Shown here piece by piece: positions 26,401 to 39,477 of a stretch of DNA of 64,000 nt. How positions within the stretch are numbered: position 1 is the first letter of the stretch; each line of letters begins with the position of its first letter. Under the pieces are notes generated by a model. That model was not told where the DNA came from and did no database searches. It saw only the letters and a program-made list of their open reading frames with translations. This DNA comes from Gordius albopunctatus (Eukaryota). The DNA is taken from assembly GCA_964276515.1 (NCBI GenBank), contig OZ193909.1, positions 17,174,001 through 17,238,000 on the forward strand. The letters run 5' to 3'. A program made the position numbers and the translations under genes.

Positions 26401-26899
26401 TTGTTATTTAGTACCTTGAAATGGAGGAATGTTAGGAATTAAATTGGATGATGATGGCTGATTAATATAATTTCCTATTATTGGGCCTCCTTGGAGAATA
26501 TTAAGTTATAATGTATATAATTACCTCTCATTTCGTTGTGGGAAAGAATATCTTCATCTGGAATACCTTCCATTCCATAAATTTCTAATGTTATATTTGT
26601 CCTATGGGGTAAAGAATTAGGCACCTTATCAATATCCTCCTTGTGCACCTAGAGGAAAAGATGAATTTATATGAAATCTACTATTTACCTGTAAGCAGTG
26701 GATTTGCAAACCTGGACCGGTAAATAATCTCTTATGACACATATGGCATTTAAAGTGTTTCGCTTTTTGATGCTGGATGAGAATTTTTTCATCATCAAAA
26801 TCACGATTACAATACCTAACATGCGTTTATAAGCATTAACAAGTATACTAAGATTTACCAGCACCAAGGTTTGGAAAACTTTTTTTTCTTTCGACCCAT
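23496..26899 (-). CDS. ZNF207: BUB3-interacting GLEBS-motif zinc finger protein BuGZ/ZNF207, 10 exons
   Basis: Exons 26859-26899, 26689-26815, 26525-26648, 26415-26489, 26275-26353, 26150-26234, 25973-26052, 25699-25921, 25303-25594, 23496-23866. N-terminus [60 protein letters not shown]...[14 protein letters not shown]-like [21 protein letters not shown]; Pro-rich linkers. Middle and last exon boundaries are less certain. Confidence 0.93.
24226..24947 (+). mobile_element. Helitron-like element in ZNF207 last intron
   Basis: Two tandem copies of the unit at 13130-13340; 3' hairpin gccaaagcaatgcttggc followed by GTAG|T. Confidence 0.7.
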
Positions 26900-27026
26900 T
26901 TATATTTAAGAATTATACAACTTAATACTTCAATTTTTTGATACGGTTAAATTTACTTCAATTCAACTCGTCGGTTAAACTAAAAACGCCACATATTAAA
27001 AAACCACCAAATACATAAGTTACATT

Positions 27027-27193
27027 AATAGGGGTAGCCAAGGAAGGGAGCAGAAAAGAGCAACTGCCCCATCTAAATCCAAAAATTTGTTAGAATATAT
27101 TAAAATTATGGCTTAAATTTTATAAAATAATCTATTTGCCTCTCCCTATTATTATTGCCACCCCCTCTAATTTAAATGTTGGCTACGCCCATG
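27027..27193. mobile_element. hAT-type MITE just upstream of ZNF207
   Basis: TIRs and perfect 8-bp TSD gttacatt. Confidence 0.9.
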
Positions 27194-27380
27194 GTTACAT
27201 TAGTTTGCAATTTTCATGTTACTATATAGTAATTTCTAGCAATAAAAATATCTCGGTTTAAAGGTGTAAGTTGTAATTTATTTTATAGCAACTTGTAGTT
27301 TCAAATAGACGATGTATTGATTTTTTATATAGACCTACAAAAGTTCTAAATATTTTTCATGAGATGACTCTATAAATCAA

Positions 27381-27778
27381 TCTAATATATAATATTCTCG
27401 TGAAACGGTGTTTGGTCGTCAACTCCTCCAAAACGGCTGGACCGATTTAGATGGAAATTTCTGTGAATATTTGGTTGGTGTGAGCCTAGGTTTTAAACTA
27501 TATTCCAAATCTCTAAGTGACAGGAATGTCAAGTTATTTAGTTTTATATATTTTGACGTTTAATAAAATGTCAATCCAACGCAACCTCATGACGTAATGC
27601 GTATCTATCGTGTTCTTTGAAAATTTGAATATACAGTTCTTTAATAAAAGTGTATCACTTATAGTATTTTCTAGACCGTTGTAGTGTAGCGGCATTCAAG
27701 GTTGCAATTTGAATACACGCGTTTTTCCTATACTTGAGCGTGGTCACAGATAATTGGATATACGCTTAGTCAATTAAA
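27381..27778 (+). mobile_element. Helitron-like 5' portion (second family)
   Basis: A|TCTAATATATAA start and aactcctccaaaacggctggaccgattt motif; a Helitron-type 3' end (gcaaaacaacgtttac..CTAG|T) lies at 32160-32188. Confidence 0.55.
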
Positions 27779-28949
27779 TATACCTTAGTTTACCCCGTAC
27801 TTTATGTCTTATTTGATTACTATTTTTATATATGTCCTTCGCTATGTGTATATAAAGCCTTATCCACCTAATAAAACAGTCTCTGTCTTTTGACTTAGTC
27901 TCTTGGTTTAGAATCGGAGTTAGTATTATACGGGAGCCTAGTATACGGGAGCTTAGGGTTCTACCAGCCGGCCACTTCGTTACAACCGTCATGCGTCTAG
28001 GTAGTTTAGTGTGATAAATGTAGGTATGTGCTGGGGAAAATGGAAACTTTTTATGATTTTAAACATTAAATCAAAGTCATATTTTTGCTTATTTTTCACG
28101 TTAATTATTATTATAGGACGGTCGTGTCCCCTCCCGCGTGGCTAAATAAATTAAAAAATCTAATTTTGTCATTTTTTGAGCGTTAAATAGGGAGAAAAAT
28201 GAAAATACTTTTAACAAAGTGCCAATAAGTGTTAATATATCTCAGTTCTTCGGACCTCATAGAAGAGCTCCACCCCTAACTCCTAACAAGGTAATTATCC
28301 TCGGTTCTTTGGTGTTAGGTAGCGCCCCCGGGCCCCGTGTTGTTTTTTTGTTGAGTCTTTAACCTAAACTCTTTTACACTTCGTTGAAAAACATTTCATT
28401 TGCTGTGAAATTTAAGCAGGGGACAAAAACGGACCTTAATGTTTGATGGCTTGGCTACATCCATGCTTATACCGGTTGCTTTAAGTTTTTATAAATTATC
28501 TGAGTAGACTGATAGCTTATTGACCAAAGTAAGGTTTGTGGGCAATGCTTTTTTACTACCCCTCATAATATCTCAGTTTTTAATGCTGTATATCTTATCT
28601 AGGCATATTTTAAACAAAAAAGAAGATTTGCTTAGGAAGTTAGGGGATATTCGCATGTTTGGGAAATAACCGAGATTAATGATGTTGCTCCGGGCCTGAT
28701 TCGGATGCAAAAATAAAAAGGGCTTTTCGCCCCCGGCCGGACTACTCATACAAATTAACGTAAGACAGTGGTCCTTTTATGGAGCATTTTAAACATTGAC
28801 TGTGGATTATTAAAATAATTAAATAAAGATAGAATACATGCGAACAACAAAGTTAGTTTAAAAAACCTTATTTTTTGTCGAACTTGACATTATGATAATA
28901 AATTAAATAAGGAATTAAAAATTGATTAATAAGCATCGGCATTAAACAC

Positions 28950-29338
28950 CATGGAAGGGAAGCTTATAAAAGCCACAGAGATGAGAATTCTACGGTGGAG
29001 CTTGGCGTAAACTAAGCTCAACCATATGACGAATGACTTTCTGATGACAAAAATGAATATTCAACCTATGGCGGACATGATTAACGAAAATCGATTAAGG
29101 TGGTATGAAGATATACTAAGAAGGGACACGAATGACCTAAATCGAAAAGTACTGGACATGGAGGTGCCGGAGAAGAGAGTTAGAGGACGACCCCGTGTCA
29201 CATGGAACGGGCAAGGCGATAAAGTTAGGAAAACTAAAGAGTAGTCAAGACATGGAACTCACCCGGTCAAGATGCAGGAAACTTATCACAAAAAACCCCA
29301 CGACCGTGGGACCAAATAGCTGATAAAGAAGAAGAAGA
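28950..29338 (+). mobile_element. RTE LINE 3' fragment with (GAA)n tail
   Basis: ENRLRWYEDILRR..RVRGRPRVTW; ends taaagaagaagaag. Confidence 0.88.
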
Positions 29339-29759
29339 TTCAAACTAAGGGCTTTACCCCTGTACCCCGGCTGGGGCTGCCCCTCTAAATCTTACTCAAG
29401 GGGCTCCGCCCCTTAAACCCCTGTCTACTTGCTGTCTTTGTGTGGCCTTATTAGGCTCTTCTAAATTCGTATAGGAGCATTCATTTGCTATGCAATTTAA
29501 GCAATAGTAAAAATTAACGGAGGGCAAATTGAGGGTAGAGGGTCGGGCTACGTCTATAATGGTACCTGTTAGCTGAAACTACACAATATATCAGCAAAAA
29601 ATGATAACAATGAGACCCTATTGCAATAAAGTTGGATTGGCGGCCAATCATATACCTAAAGTTTCTAAGCTGGTGTAAGCAGAATTGTAGTTTGCCCAAA
29701 TAAGTGAAAAGCTTGACGCGCTAAAATATGTTCAGGCCTAAAAATAAAACAGGTTTTCA

Positions 29760-32152
29760 GGGCGCGTTGGGGTTTCGATTGAAGTCCTAAAACGGCCATT
29801 TGTGAAAAATAAAGAGAGAGAGAAGTTACTACAGATGGCGCAAGCTTACGATATGGCCATTGTGAATACCTTCTTTTAGAAGCGTACCGAACATTTAGCG
29901 ACGTACAGTAGTGGGGATCACCTTACACAGGTCGACTACATATTAATGAAGCACAAAAATTTGTGGCAAGTTAAAGATTGCAAGGTTATACCGGGGGAAG
30001 AAATCGCCAAACAACATCGGCCAGTTGTCCTCGATATAGCAAGAAAGATTTTTCCCGTAAGGAGAAAAGTTTAAACACCAAGGACAAAGTACGAAAAGCT
30101 TAAGGATGATCGTGCAAATGAAATGTTTCACGCTCGAGCAACTCCGCTCTTGAAGGTTGCAGGCTTGGAGGGCGACATTAACAAAAGGTGGGGTACCGTT
30201 GCAAATGTTCTAAAGGAAACGGCCTTTCAAATATTGGGACGAACTAAGGGCGGCAGAGCTCACAAGCGTGAACTATGGTGGTGGAATGACTAGGTCAAAG
30301 AGGTTATAGAAGAAAAGAAGGCGTTGTACCTACGATGGTACAAAACGAAGAAAGGAGAAGACTACGAGGCATATCGTTAACCTAAACGCAAAGCTAAGAT
30401 AGCGGTCGCGATAGCGAAGAACGAGGCTTACACCGAGATGGCAAACAAGCTAGATACCAAGGGCGGCGACATAGTCATGTATAAACTCGCAAAGATCAGG
30501 GAGAAAAAAAGTCGAGATGTCGGGACACTTAAAGTCATTAAAAGCGAAGAGGGACGAACGTTGTGCAAACCGAAGGAAGTCATCAAAAGATGGAAAGATT
30601 ATTTACAAAATATGATGAACAGAACGAATGATAGAAGACCGCTAGAGAGGGTGGAACCGAACTCGAACTTTTACCATTGCAGGCTTATGAAATAGGAGCA
30701 CAACTAACGAAGATGCGGAAAGGGAAAGCGCTAGGTCCCGATGATCTACCGATCGAAGCTTGGCTTGGGTGCAAAGGAGAAGGAATCGACATAATGACAG
30801 GCCTATTTAACGCTATGCTGTATGAGAGTCGTATCCCTGACCAATGGAGGGAAAGTACGATCATACCCATATACAAAGGTAAAGGAGACGCGCAGGAATG
30901 TGGCAACTTTAGAGGTATCAAGTTGACCTGCCACTAACTAAAACTACTAGAAAGGGTGCTAGTGAAAAGGCTCAATGACGAAGTTTGTCTCTCGCCCAAT
31001 CAGTTTAGATTTGTGGCCGGTAAATCAACGATGGACCCAATCTTTGCGTTGAAGCAGACGATGGAAAAATATGGCGGCATAAGAAAGAACTTACACATGG
31101 TCTTCATCAATTTAGAAAAGGCCTACGATACGGTTCCGAGAGGCTTAATATGGTGGTCCCTTTGAGCCAGAAATATACCCGAAGGATATGTTCGACTTAT
31201 CAAGGAAATGTATAATGGCGCGGTTGCATCTGTTAGGACTACCGTAGGAGTAACGAAACCCTTCCGAATAATGATCGGACTACATCAAGGATCAGCGTTA
31301 AGCCCATTCTTGTTTAATCTAATTATGGATACAATAACAAAGGACTTGCACAAGCCAGCCCCTTGGACTATGCTATGTGCCGACGATATTGTCCTATGCG
31401 ATGAAACAAGAGAAGGGGTTTTTCATCAGGGGAAAAAATGGTCAGAACGTTTTTCGGAATTCGGGTTAAAGGTCAGCGAGAATAAAACGGTTTACATGCA
31501 AACGATGGGCGGTAGTCCGCAAATGCACAAAAATGACGGTCCAAGGTACACGGAGGTTGATAAGTTAACATACCTTGGCTCGCTATTACATCAAGAGGGA
31601 GGATGTACCGCCGAAGTCCATTCTCGGATCAAGAAAGCATGCCTCAAGTGACGCAGCATCTCCGGTGTCATGTGTGACAAAAAGATACCAATTTGGTTGA
31701 AAAGCAAGGCATACAAAACCATCGTGCGACCGGTCTTGCTTTACGGGAGCGAAACATGGGCTGTAACCAGAAACTCTTGCAACTCACGGAAATGAGAATG
31801 GTGCAATGGAGCTTAGGCTACACCAAGCTGGATAGCATGACGAACGAATCCTTCATGACAAAGATGGGTATACAAGCGACGAAGGACTTCTTAAGAGAAA
31901 ATCGACTGCGGTGGTACGGCCATGTATTACGAAGAGACAAAGACGATGTCACACGCCGAACGCTGGAGATGGACGTGCCTGGAAGAAGAGGAAGGGGCAG
32001 ACCACGTGCCACCTGGAAACGACTGTTCGAAAAGGATATGAACGTCAAACAGATGAAAATTGGCATGGCATTACCACGACTCAGATGGAAGAGGCTGCTG
32101 AAAACGTACCCCACCAACGTCTGTGGGATTTTCAACACGATAAAGAAGAAAA
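29760..32152 (+). mobile_element. 5'-truncated, disrupted RTE LINE (endonuclease C-term, linker, RT)
   Basis: Collinear ORF pieces 30438-32199 with GPDD, IIPIYKGKGD, LEKAYD, GLHQGSALSP, CADD, YLGS; many stops/frameshifts; taaagaagaa tail. Confidence 0.93.
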
Positions 32153-32690
32153 TGTATATAGCAAAACAACGTTTACCGGGTCAGCTAGTAACTCTATAAT
32201 AAACTCGTGTTTTAATAACAGGATTTAGAAAATCATACGTAAAATTTGAGATGCAGAATACTTATAAAATAAATATTTAATTTATGTTATAAGTGCAGAG
32301 AAGGATTGCCTAAAATATTTCATTCTTACCTAACCCTTCCGACCTATCTGGTCTAATCCCATATATTGCCTGGTCTAATTTGTTTTCATTTGCAAATCAT
32401 ATCGCACACAAATATTTTTATCTTCACCTAAATATTTTATTTATCCTTTGTAGAAGTAATCTCTTCTTCTTCTTTATCAGTTATTTGGTCCCACATTGGT
32501 GGGGTTTGTTTTGATAAGTTTCTTCCATCTTGACCGGGTGAGTGCCATGTCTTGACTAATCTCTTTATTCATAACTTTATCGACTTGCCCTTTCCACGTG
32601 ACACGGGGTCATCATCTTTCTCTCTTCCCCGGTACCTCCATGTCCAGTACTTTTCGATTTACGTCATCCGTGTCCCTTCTTAGTATATGC

Positions 32691-33160
32691 TAGTGTTGTA
32701 AAAACGGCTGGCTGGTTTTTCCCAGCGTATTGCTAAGCTTAGTTGTTGGCGTTTTTTTTCACCCAACCCTATCAGTGTTAGGTGAATTTTCTTGGGAGGG
32801 CTTTGGCGTTTGGCGTTTTCATAAAAAACACCCAAAGCGTTTTGGGTGTTTTTTTGTGGGCCACCCTTGGCGTTTAGGTTTGGGTGTATTAAACACCTAA
32901 AGGGTTTGGGTGGATAATATATTTAACCTTTTGGTTTGGTTTTGGTCGTTTTGGGTTGGGCATGCAAATATATCAATTTGTTTGTATTGTTCGTCATATT
33001 TGCTGTATTTAGATTTAGTTAATGAACTTTTAATTTAAGAAAATAAAAATAGATGTATCATGACGTCACTGATTGGAAACTTTTCCCATTGTGACGTCAT
33101 AGTGAAAAGTATTATAATCTAATCTCTAGTAAATTATAGTTAATTATATTTTTGTGAAGT
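32691..33160. mobile_element. Truncated hAT-like element (TAGTGTTGTAAAAACGGC TIR) inside the LINE
   Basis: Left TIR equals those at 47450 and 53243; right TIR absent. Confidence 0.65.
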
Positions 33161-33570
33161 TTTGCCCCCCCCCCCCTTTATTTTTTACCCTCTTTCTGAT
33201 GCAGGGGAAGGGGGGACATGGTGGGTGTTTTGCCCCCCCCCCCTATTTTTTACCCTCTTTCTGATGCGGGGGAAAGGGGGGGGGGCATGGTGGGTGTTTT
33301 GCCCCCCCCCTAATTTTTTACCCTCTTTTTGATGCGGGGGAAAGGGGGGGGGCATGGTGGGTATTTTGCCCCCCCCCCCTAATTTTTTACCCTCTTTCTG
33401 ATGCGGGGGAAAGGGGGGGGGCATGGTGGGTGTTTTGCCCCCCCCCTCTAATTTTTTACCCTCTTTCTGATGCGGGGGAAAGGGGGGGGGGCATGGTGGG
33501 TGTTTTGCCCCCCCCCTCTAATTTTTTACCCTCTTTCTGATGCGGGGGAAAGGGGGGGGCATGGTGGGTG
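33161..33570. repeat. G/C-run minisatellite, ~68-bp unit, ~6 copies
   Basis: Unit ttttttaccctctttctgatgcgggggaaaG(n)catggtgggtgttttgC(n)taa. Confidence 0.95.
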
Positions 33571-33690
33571 TAAGCTTTGCTCTTCAACCATATTGGCATT
33601 TTCTTGTCGCACATTACACCGGATATACTTCGCCATTTAATCCATCCTTTTTGGATCCGGGAATTGACTTCCGTTGCGCAACCTCCCTCT

Positions 33691-35661
33691 TGTAGTGACA
33701 AACGAATAGCTATTCTAAGAAGCGAATCCATTGACGTCCATTATTTTTGTAGAATCGAATCCAATGACACCTATCAATATTACTTCTGGGAAACTTAATT
33801 CTAGTCTAAGGCCTTCCCAGAAAATAATCGATCTTCATGGAAACTCTTCGATTAGTTTAGATCTTCCAGGAATATTACCAATTTTTCAATAATAATGATT
33901 AAGTATTTTATAATAACTTTATAAACTCAATATACGCACACGTTCAATGAGTCGTGTAATTTTTATTCCCAGTTTTATATATTAGTCGAGAAATAAAGTA
34001 ACTTGTAACTGCGTATAAGTTATTAAATTGGTGACCGCGCTTTACGGGGGGCCAAAAAATTTTTTTTAACTTCCACGAACCCACCCCCTCGAGCACTACC
34101 TTTTGGTATTATTTTCGGCATTCAGGGAATCGCATATAAAACTGTCGCAAGAACCAATTATTCGTTAAAAATCCCTATTCACACAACTATGCCGTACATC
34201 AAGTGGAATTATCAACGCCATCAAGGAACATATTCAGTACAAGTAACTGATCTATTAGGGGAAACTATATATATTCTATACATATTCACCGACCCCTGCT
34301 AATTCTAGTTAGGACATACCTGGAATAACTCGCAAATAATATTTTTTTTCCTTTTTAACCTCCTCCCTCGAAATTCGTTAAGTCAATTAAATGGAAACAA
34401 AAGACTTGCCATCTTTCACCCCGGACCCATCCATTTCGGACAACAATATCCCACCTGTGGAAACTGTAAAACAGGAATCATCAGTATCCATAAAACTTCC
34501 TGAATTCCACTCGGGGAATATTCAAATATGGATAGCCCAAATAGACGCTATTCTTTACAACAAGAAGGATAATTTCCAAAAAAGTAAAGTATGCGTATTT
34601 ATTGGAATCCCTCTCCGCGGATGTGGCCGAAGAAGATACAGAAAAACTAGGTGATTTGCATTGCATCGCTACTACTACCACCGAACCAATTACTGATGTC
34701 AAACAATCTGGGTTATCGTCATAGGCATTTCGCCACCGAAAAACAACCTTTACATCTACTTTCATGATAGTATACAATGTAACTTTTCGACAGACGGGTT
34801 TCCCTACAACATACACCATTGACACACTTTTACTAGTTGGTTCCTTAACAAAAGCGATATTTTATTTTGCAACATTTTACAAATTAATCACCACTAAATT
34901 CAGTTACCTGAAAACAATGGCAACGTCAACAACTTTACCAGGCCTAATAAATCATTTTTTAGCGCAACTAAAAGCAGCGCACATGGACTTTTTACTCGAT
35001 TGCACTTTGCTGTCGTACTAAAAAAAACACGTCCATATCTTTAACCTAACCAACTTACAATTTTATTTCACCTGGTTGGCGAACATATTAACACTCCATT
35101 AACACAAATCGTGAACTTTTAATCGATTGCGGAGCTAGGATGCATCCAAATAAAAAATATCACGACTAATGGCACCGGTTGATTTCATTTGCCAATTACG
35201 CAAACACGACACACGCCATCACATTTAACGCAGTGACCAATCTACAAATTCTAGGTAATATTTTGCATGATTTACAATTATTTTAATCGATACATATTTG
35301 TATGTATCTGGGAAGAGAGTATCTGTAGTGGCAAACGAATAGCTATTCTAAGAAGCGAATCCATTGACGTCAATTATTTTTGTAGAATCGAATCCAATGA
35401 CGTCCATCAATATTATTTCTGGGAAACTTAATTCTAGTCTAAGGCCTTCCCAGAAAATAATCGATCTTCATGGAAACTCATCGATTAGTTTAGATCTTCC
35501 AAGAATATTATCGATTTTCCAATAATAATGATTATGTATTTTATAATAACTTTATAAACTCAATATACGCACATGTTCAATGAGTCGTGTAATTTTTATT
35601 CCCCAGTTTTATATATTCGACGAGAAATAAAGTAACTTTTAACTGCGTATAGTTTATTAAA
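33691..35661 (+). mobile_element. Internally deleted Gypsy LTR retrotransposon inserted in the RTE LINE
   Basis: LTRs 33691-34027 and 35324-35661 (TG...AA), 4-bp TSD ctct, PBS TGGTGACC at 34029, PPT GGGAAGAGAG 35310-35319, gag N-terminal remnant IKLPEFHSGNIQIWIAQIDAIL (34391-34654). Confidence 0.92.
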
Positions 35662-38600
35662 CTCTTGATGTAGCATGGATCCGAGGTATGTGAACCTGTC
35701 TAGATTTGGGTAAATTCTTCTTATTTAATTCTCCTATTGTGTTTTCCTGGTTAGTGTTTTCGATTACAGGCCCCTTTTCAATTGATAAATTGCTATAATA
35801 GTCCTACCATCTTTGTAGTATATGGCTGTCGTGTGTTAGTATTTCTGCCTTTTGACCCTTGATTAGCCGGCATTCTAGGTAATCTTTAGAATTTCGGGCC
35901 CTTGACTTTGCGATTTTGTAGATCAATCTTTCTCCTTCCTTGATCTGAGTTTAAGGCTTCATAAATATTTTTCATAAGCCGTATATATGCGTCAGGTATA
36001 TTTTGTTTCCTCAGGCACCGCCATATTAAATCGCGGGGGACCGTATCAAAAGCTTTATCCAAGTCGATAAAAACCATATGTAAGTCTTTCCTCTTTTCAC
36101 CATACTTATCCATCATTTGTCCTAGGGCGAAGATAGGATCGATTGTGGATTTGCCGGCCACGAATCCGAATTGATTAGCCGATATTTCCACCTCATCTTT
36201 CAGCCTTGTTACTAAGATCCTTTCAATAAGCTTCAAGGAGCGGCAAGTTAGCTCGATACCTCTGTAATTGCAGCAGTCCTGAGGGTCTCCTTTGCCTTTA
36301 AATAAGGGTATAATCGTGCTTGCTCTCCACTGATTAGGGATAGGCTCTTCTACCAATATCTTGTTAAAGAGGTTCGTCATGGTGGTGACTCCTTCTTCAC
36401 GACATCCGAGCAATGCTTCCATAGGTATTCCATCTGGGCCATTTGCTTTTCCTTTTTGCATCTTGTTCATTTGTGTCCTAACTTCATCCTCCTGAAAGAG
36501 TTCGACCATACTTATATTTGGCTCAATTTCGGGAAGGGGATCCTTGTCATTTGCAATATTCATAAGTTTCTTAAAATATCCTTTTCACCTTTATATCACT
36601 TCTTTCGGCTTGAATAAGGTTTGACCCTTCTCGCTTTTGACTATTTTAAGAACTCCGACATCGCGACTTTTCTTCTCCCTTATCTTGGCCAATTTGTACA
36701 TAAACCTATCGCCCCCTTTATGAACCAGTTTGTTTGCCATCTCAGGTGTACGCGGCATTCTTCGCTTTTGCAACGGCTTTTTTTGCGGTCCTCTTTGCGT
36801 ACCTGTACTCTTGATAATCCTCTCACTTTTTTCATTTATGCCACCGTCTATATAGATTTTTCTTTCTTTCGATGAAATCTTTAACCGATTGATCCCACCA
36901 CCATAATTCCCTATTCATAGCTTTGCCTCCTTTGGTCTGTCCTGGAACACGAATCGCTGTTTCCTTAATGTCCTGAGGTAGCGTCTCCCAATCGTCGTCT
37001 ACGTCCCTTTGCAACTTACTTGCCCCCAAGAGTGAGGAGGCTTTTTGATGGTATTCTTTGTTCGTCGACGTATCATTTAGCCTTTCGTATCGAATTCGAG
37101 GTTCATAGATCTTTCTTCTTTCGGGAAATACTCTTCTGTCAAGATCTATAACAAGGGGACGATGTTGCCTGGCGATTTCTTCTCCCGGTATTACCTTGCA
37201 ATCCTTGATACTCCATAAGTCCTTTCGCCGTATAAGCAAATATTCGATTATACTAAAATACTTCCCACTTCTATAGGTCACAATATGATCTTCGCGCCTT
37301 TGAAAAAAGGTGTTAAAAATCGCCATGTCATATGCTTGGGATACTTGTAGAAGTTTTCCCCCTTCTTTGTTCTTCAGACCATGCGGATAGCCTCCATGAT
37401 TGCGTTCATACACGAGGCGATCTTTCCCAACGTGAGCGTTGAAATCTGCCCCAATAATTAGCCTTTCTTTCTGTCCTATTCCTTGTATTTCCTTTTCCAA
37501 TGAATCGAAGAATATGTCTTTCTCTGATTCCAAACATCCAATTTGGGGAGCTTACGCGCACACAACGGTTAGGAGGCCCCCTTGATCTGCAATCTTTACC
37601 CACATTAGCCTGTCGGAACAACGCTTGACTTCCACCACCTTATCCTTGAACTATTCGCTTAGAACGATACCGAACCCGTTTCTACGATTTGGTGATCCAC
37701 TGTAGAAAAGATTGTATCCTTCTCCTAATTCCCGAGCTTTCGTTCCGTTCCACCTCGTCTCTTGTAGGCAGGGGATGTGTACATTTCTTCTTTTTGGCAT
37801 CTGTGCGACCTCGATTATCTTCCCCGTCAACGTTCCCACATTCCAGCACGTAATTCGCTTTCTTTCCACAACTAGTTTCCTTAACCGCCTTCGTTGTGAG
37901 TTAAGCAGTAACCCTAGTGTATTTTTCATATTGCACGAGCGGGGTTGGAGAAAGAATACAATTAAATATAATTTAAACATACCTAAAAAAGTTCTTAAAT
38001 TTTACTGTTATTTGGATTTGTCTAATAAAAAATCAGTATTTAATTAAATCAAAATTTTGAGGTTGAGATATTCCAAAATTTTAGAAGTAAATATTGATAA
38101 AAAAAATAAAAAAGTGAATTAAAGATTAAACTCATATTTACCCCGCTCCACCCAATAAAGTTCCTAACACTTATTAAGTGAGTTATATATCTTTGATAAA
38201 AAACTACTTTTTTGTATCTGAAAAATCGAGAGGCCTTATACGCAAGGCGCGGAAATCATAAAGAAATCAATGGCTTAGCGGTCTTAATTCCCTGGCTGGG
38301 GGATTTAATTTTACTCAGAAGGGGTAAACGGCAGCTGATATTTTTGTAAGTTTGCCTGGCTAACTTAGTGGATAACTGGTTTTTTTATAAAGTTATTCCT
38401 AGGACTGTAGTAACAATTTCGCCTTAACTCGTCATTTTACGTCAATTAATAATAGGTTTTCAAATCAAGTTAAATATTCTCACTATTGTTTCCATTTGAT
38501 ATACATTTATAACATATTCCTTTTAAGGAACTCTAACTGCTCTGGCTAGGAGTTTATATACTTGAACTTATGGCATTATAATAATTTTTTTACCGTCTAT

Positions 38601-39477
38601 ATTACTTTAAATTTAATTCCGCTGGCAGGTACAGTTTAATTGAGAACTTTCTGAAGATGTTCAATTTTGATATAAATTTGAATATCAAGCATAATCTTAC
38701 ATTATTAATTTATTTATGGCTAGATTAGTAAAAAAGATTTAAGGATATATTTTTTTACATTACATGGGGTTTTACACTATCATAGAATCGTTTTATACTT
38801 GCAATTATTAACTTATGTTCCTATTCCAGTAACAATGCTAGCGTAACTAAATTTTGTAAGAAGTTCTAATGTCAGAATATAATATCTCTTAAAACTATAA
38901 TAAGAATGCTCTCGCACCTCAAAGGCTTTTACAGCATTAACCTCATCTATATAAAATCTTGAGGTTTTGACAAATTACGAATAATTTTCTCTCCGCGTTT
39001 TAAAGGTTACCTTTAATTTTACACGTTTAATATTTTGTCACGTAACTATTATATTAAAGAATCCATCAAGCGTTTCGTATTGCTTTGTATAAATATAAAT
39101 TTGGATTGCTCAAATTTTATGCAATTATTGATATCCTTATACTTAATATTAGTCTAAATAACTTATTTTATCATACACCTTCAAGAGTCAAATCACAATA
39201 TTTATTATTTTTTACTTAAAAATCATGTTATGACATGAGTTAAACAAATTGAAATAAAAAAGTACATATATTTTAAGGAATGTAGAACTAGATTAATAAT
39301 AACTAGTAGAAATTCAATTCTACTGTAGAATTGTTTCATTGATTTGCCTTGTTAGATCTGTTAAGGATTAAAAAAATGTAAAAAAAACTTATGTCGACAA
39401 AATGCTACATTTGACCTATTAAAGATATGTTTATAAGTAAAGTGAAATAAATAAAATAAAATTATTTATTATCTCAC

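Larger units (their letters stand above)
32461..37950 (-). mobile_element. Near full-length degenerate RTE LINE carrying nested insertions
   Basis: Endonuclease (WNVGTL, CLQETRW, GADFNAHVG) at 36832-37900, RT N-half at 35960-36563, RT C-terminal pieces at 35662-35700, 33571-33690, 32461-32690, (GAA)n tail at 32463. Confidence 0.92.

Noticed and set aside
33161..33570. Regularly spaced repeats as a CRISPR array; Pro/Gly ORFs 33185-33731
   Set aside because: No unique spacers, eukaryotic context; the ORFs are translations of the minisatellite.
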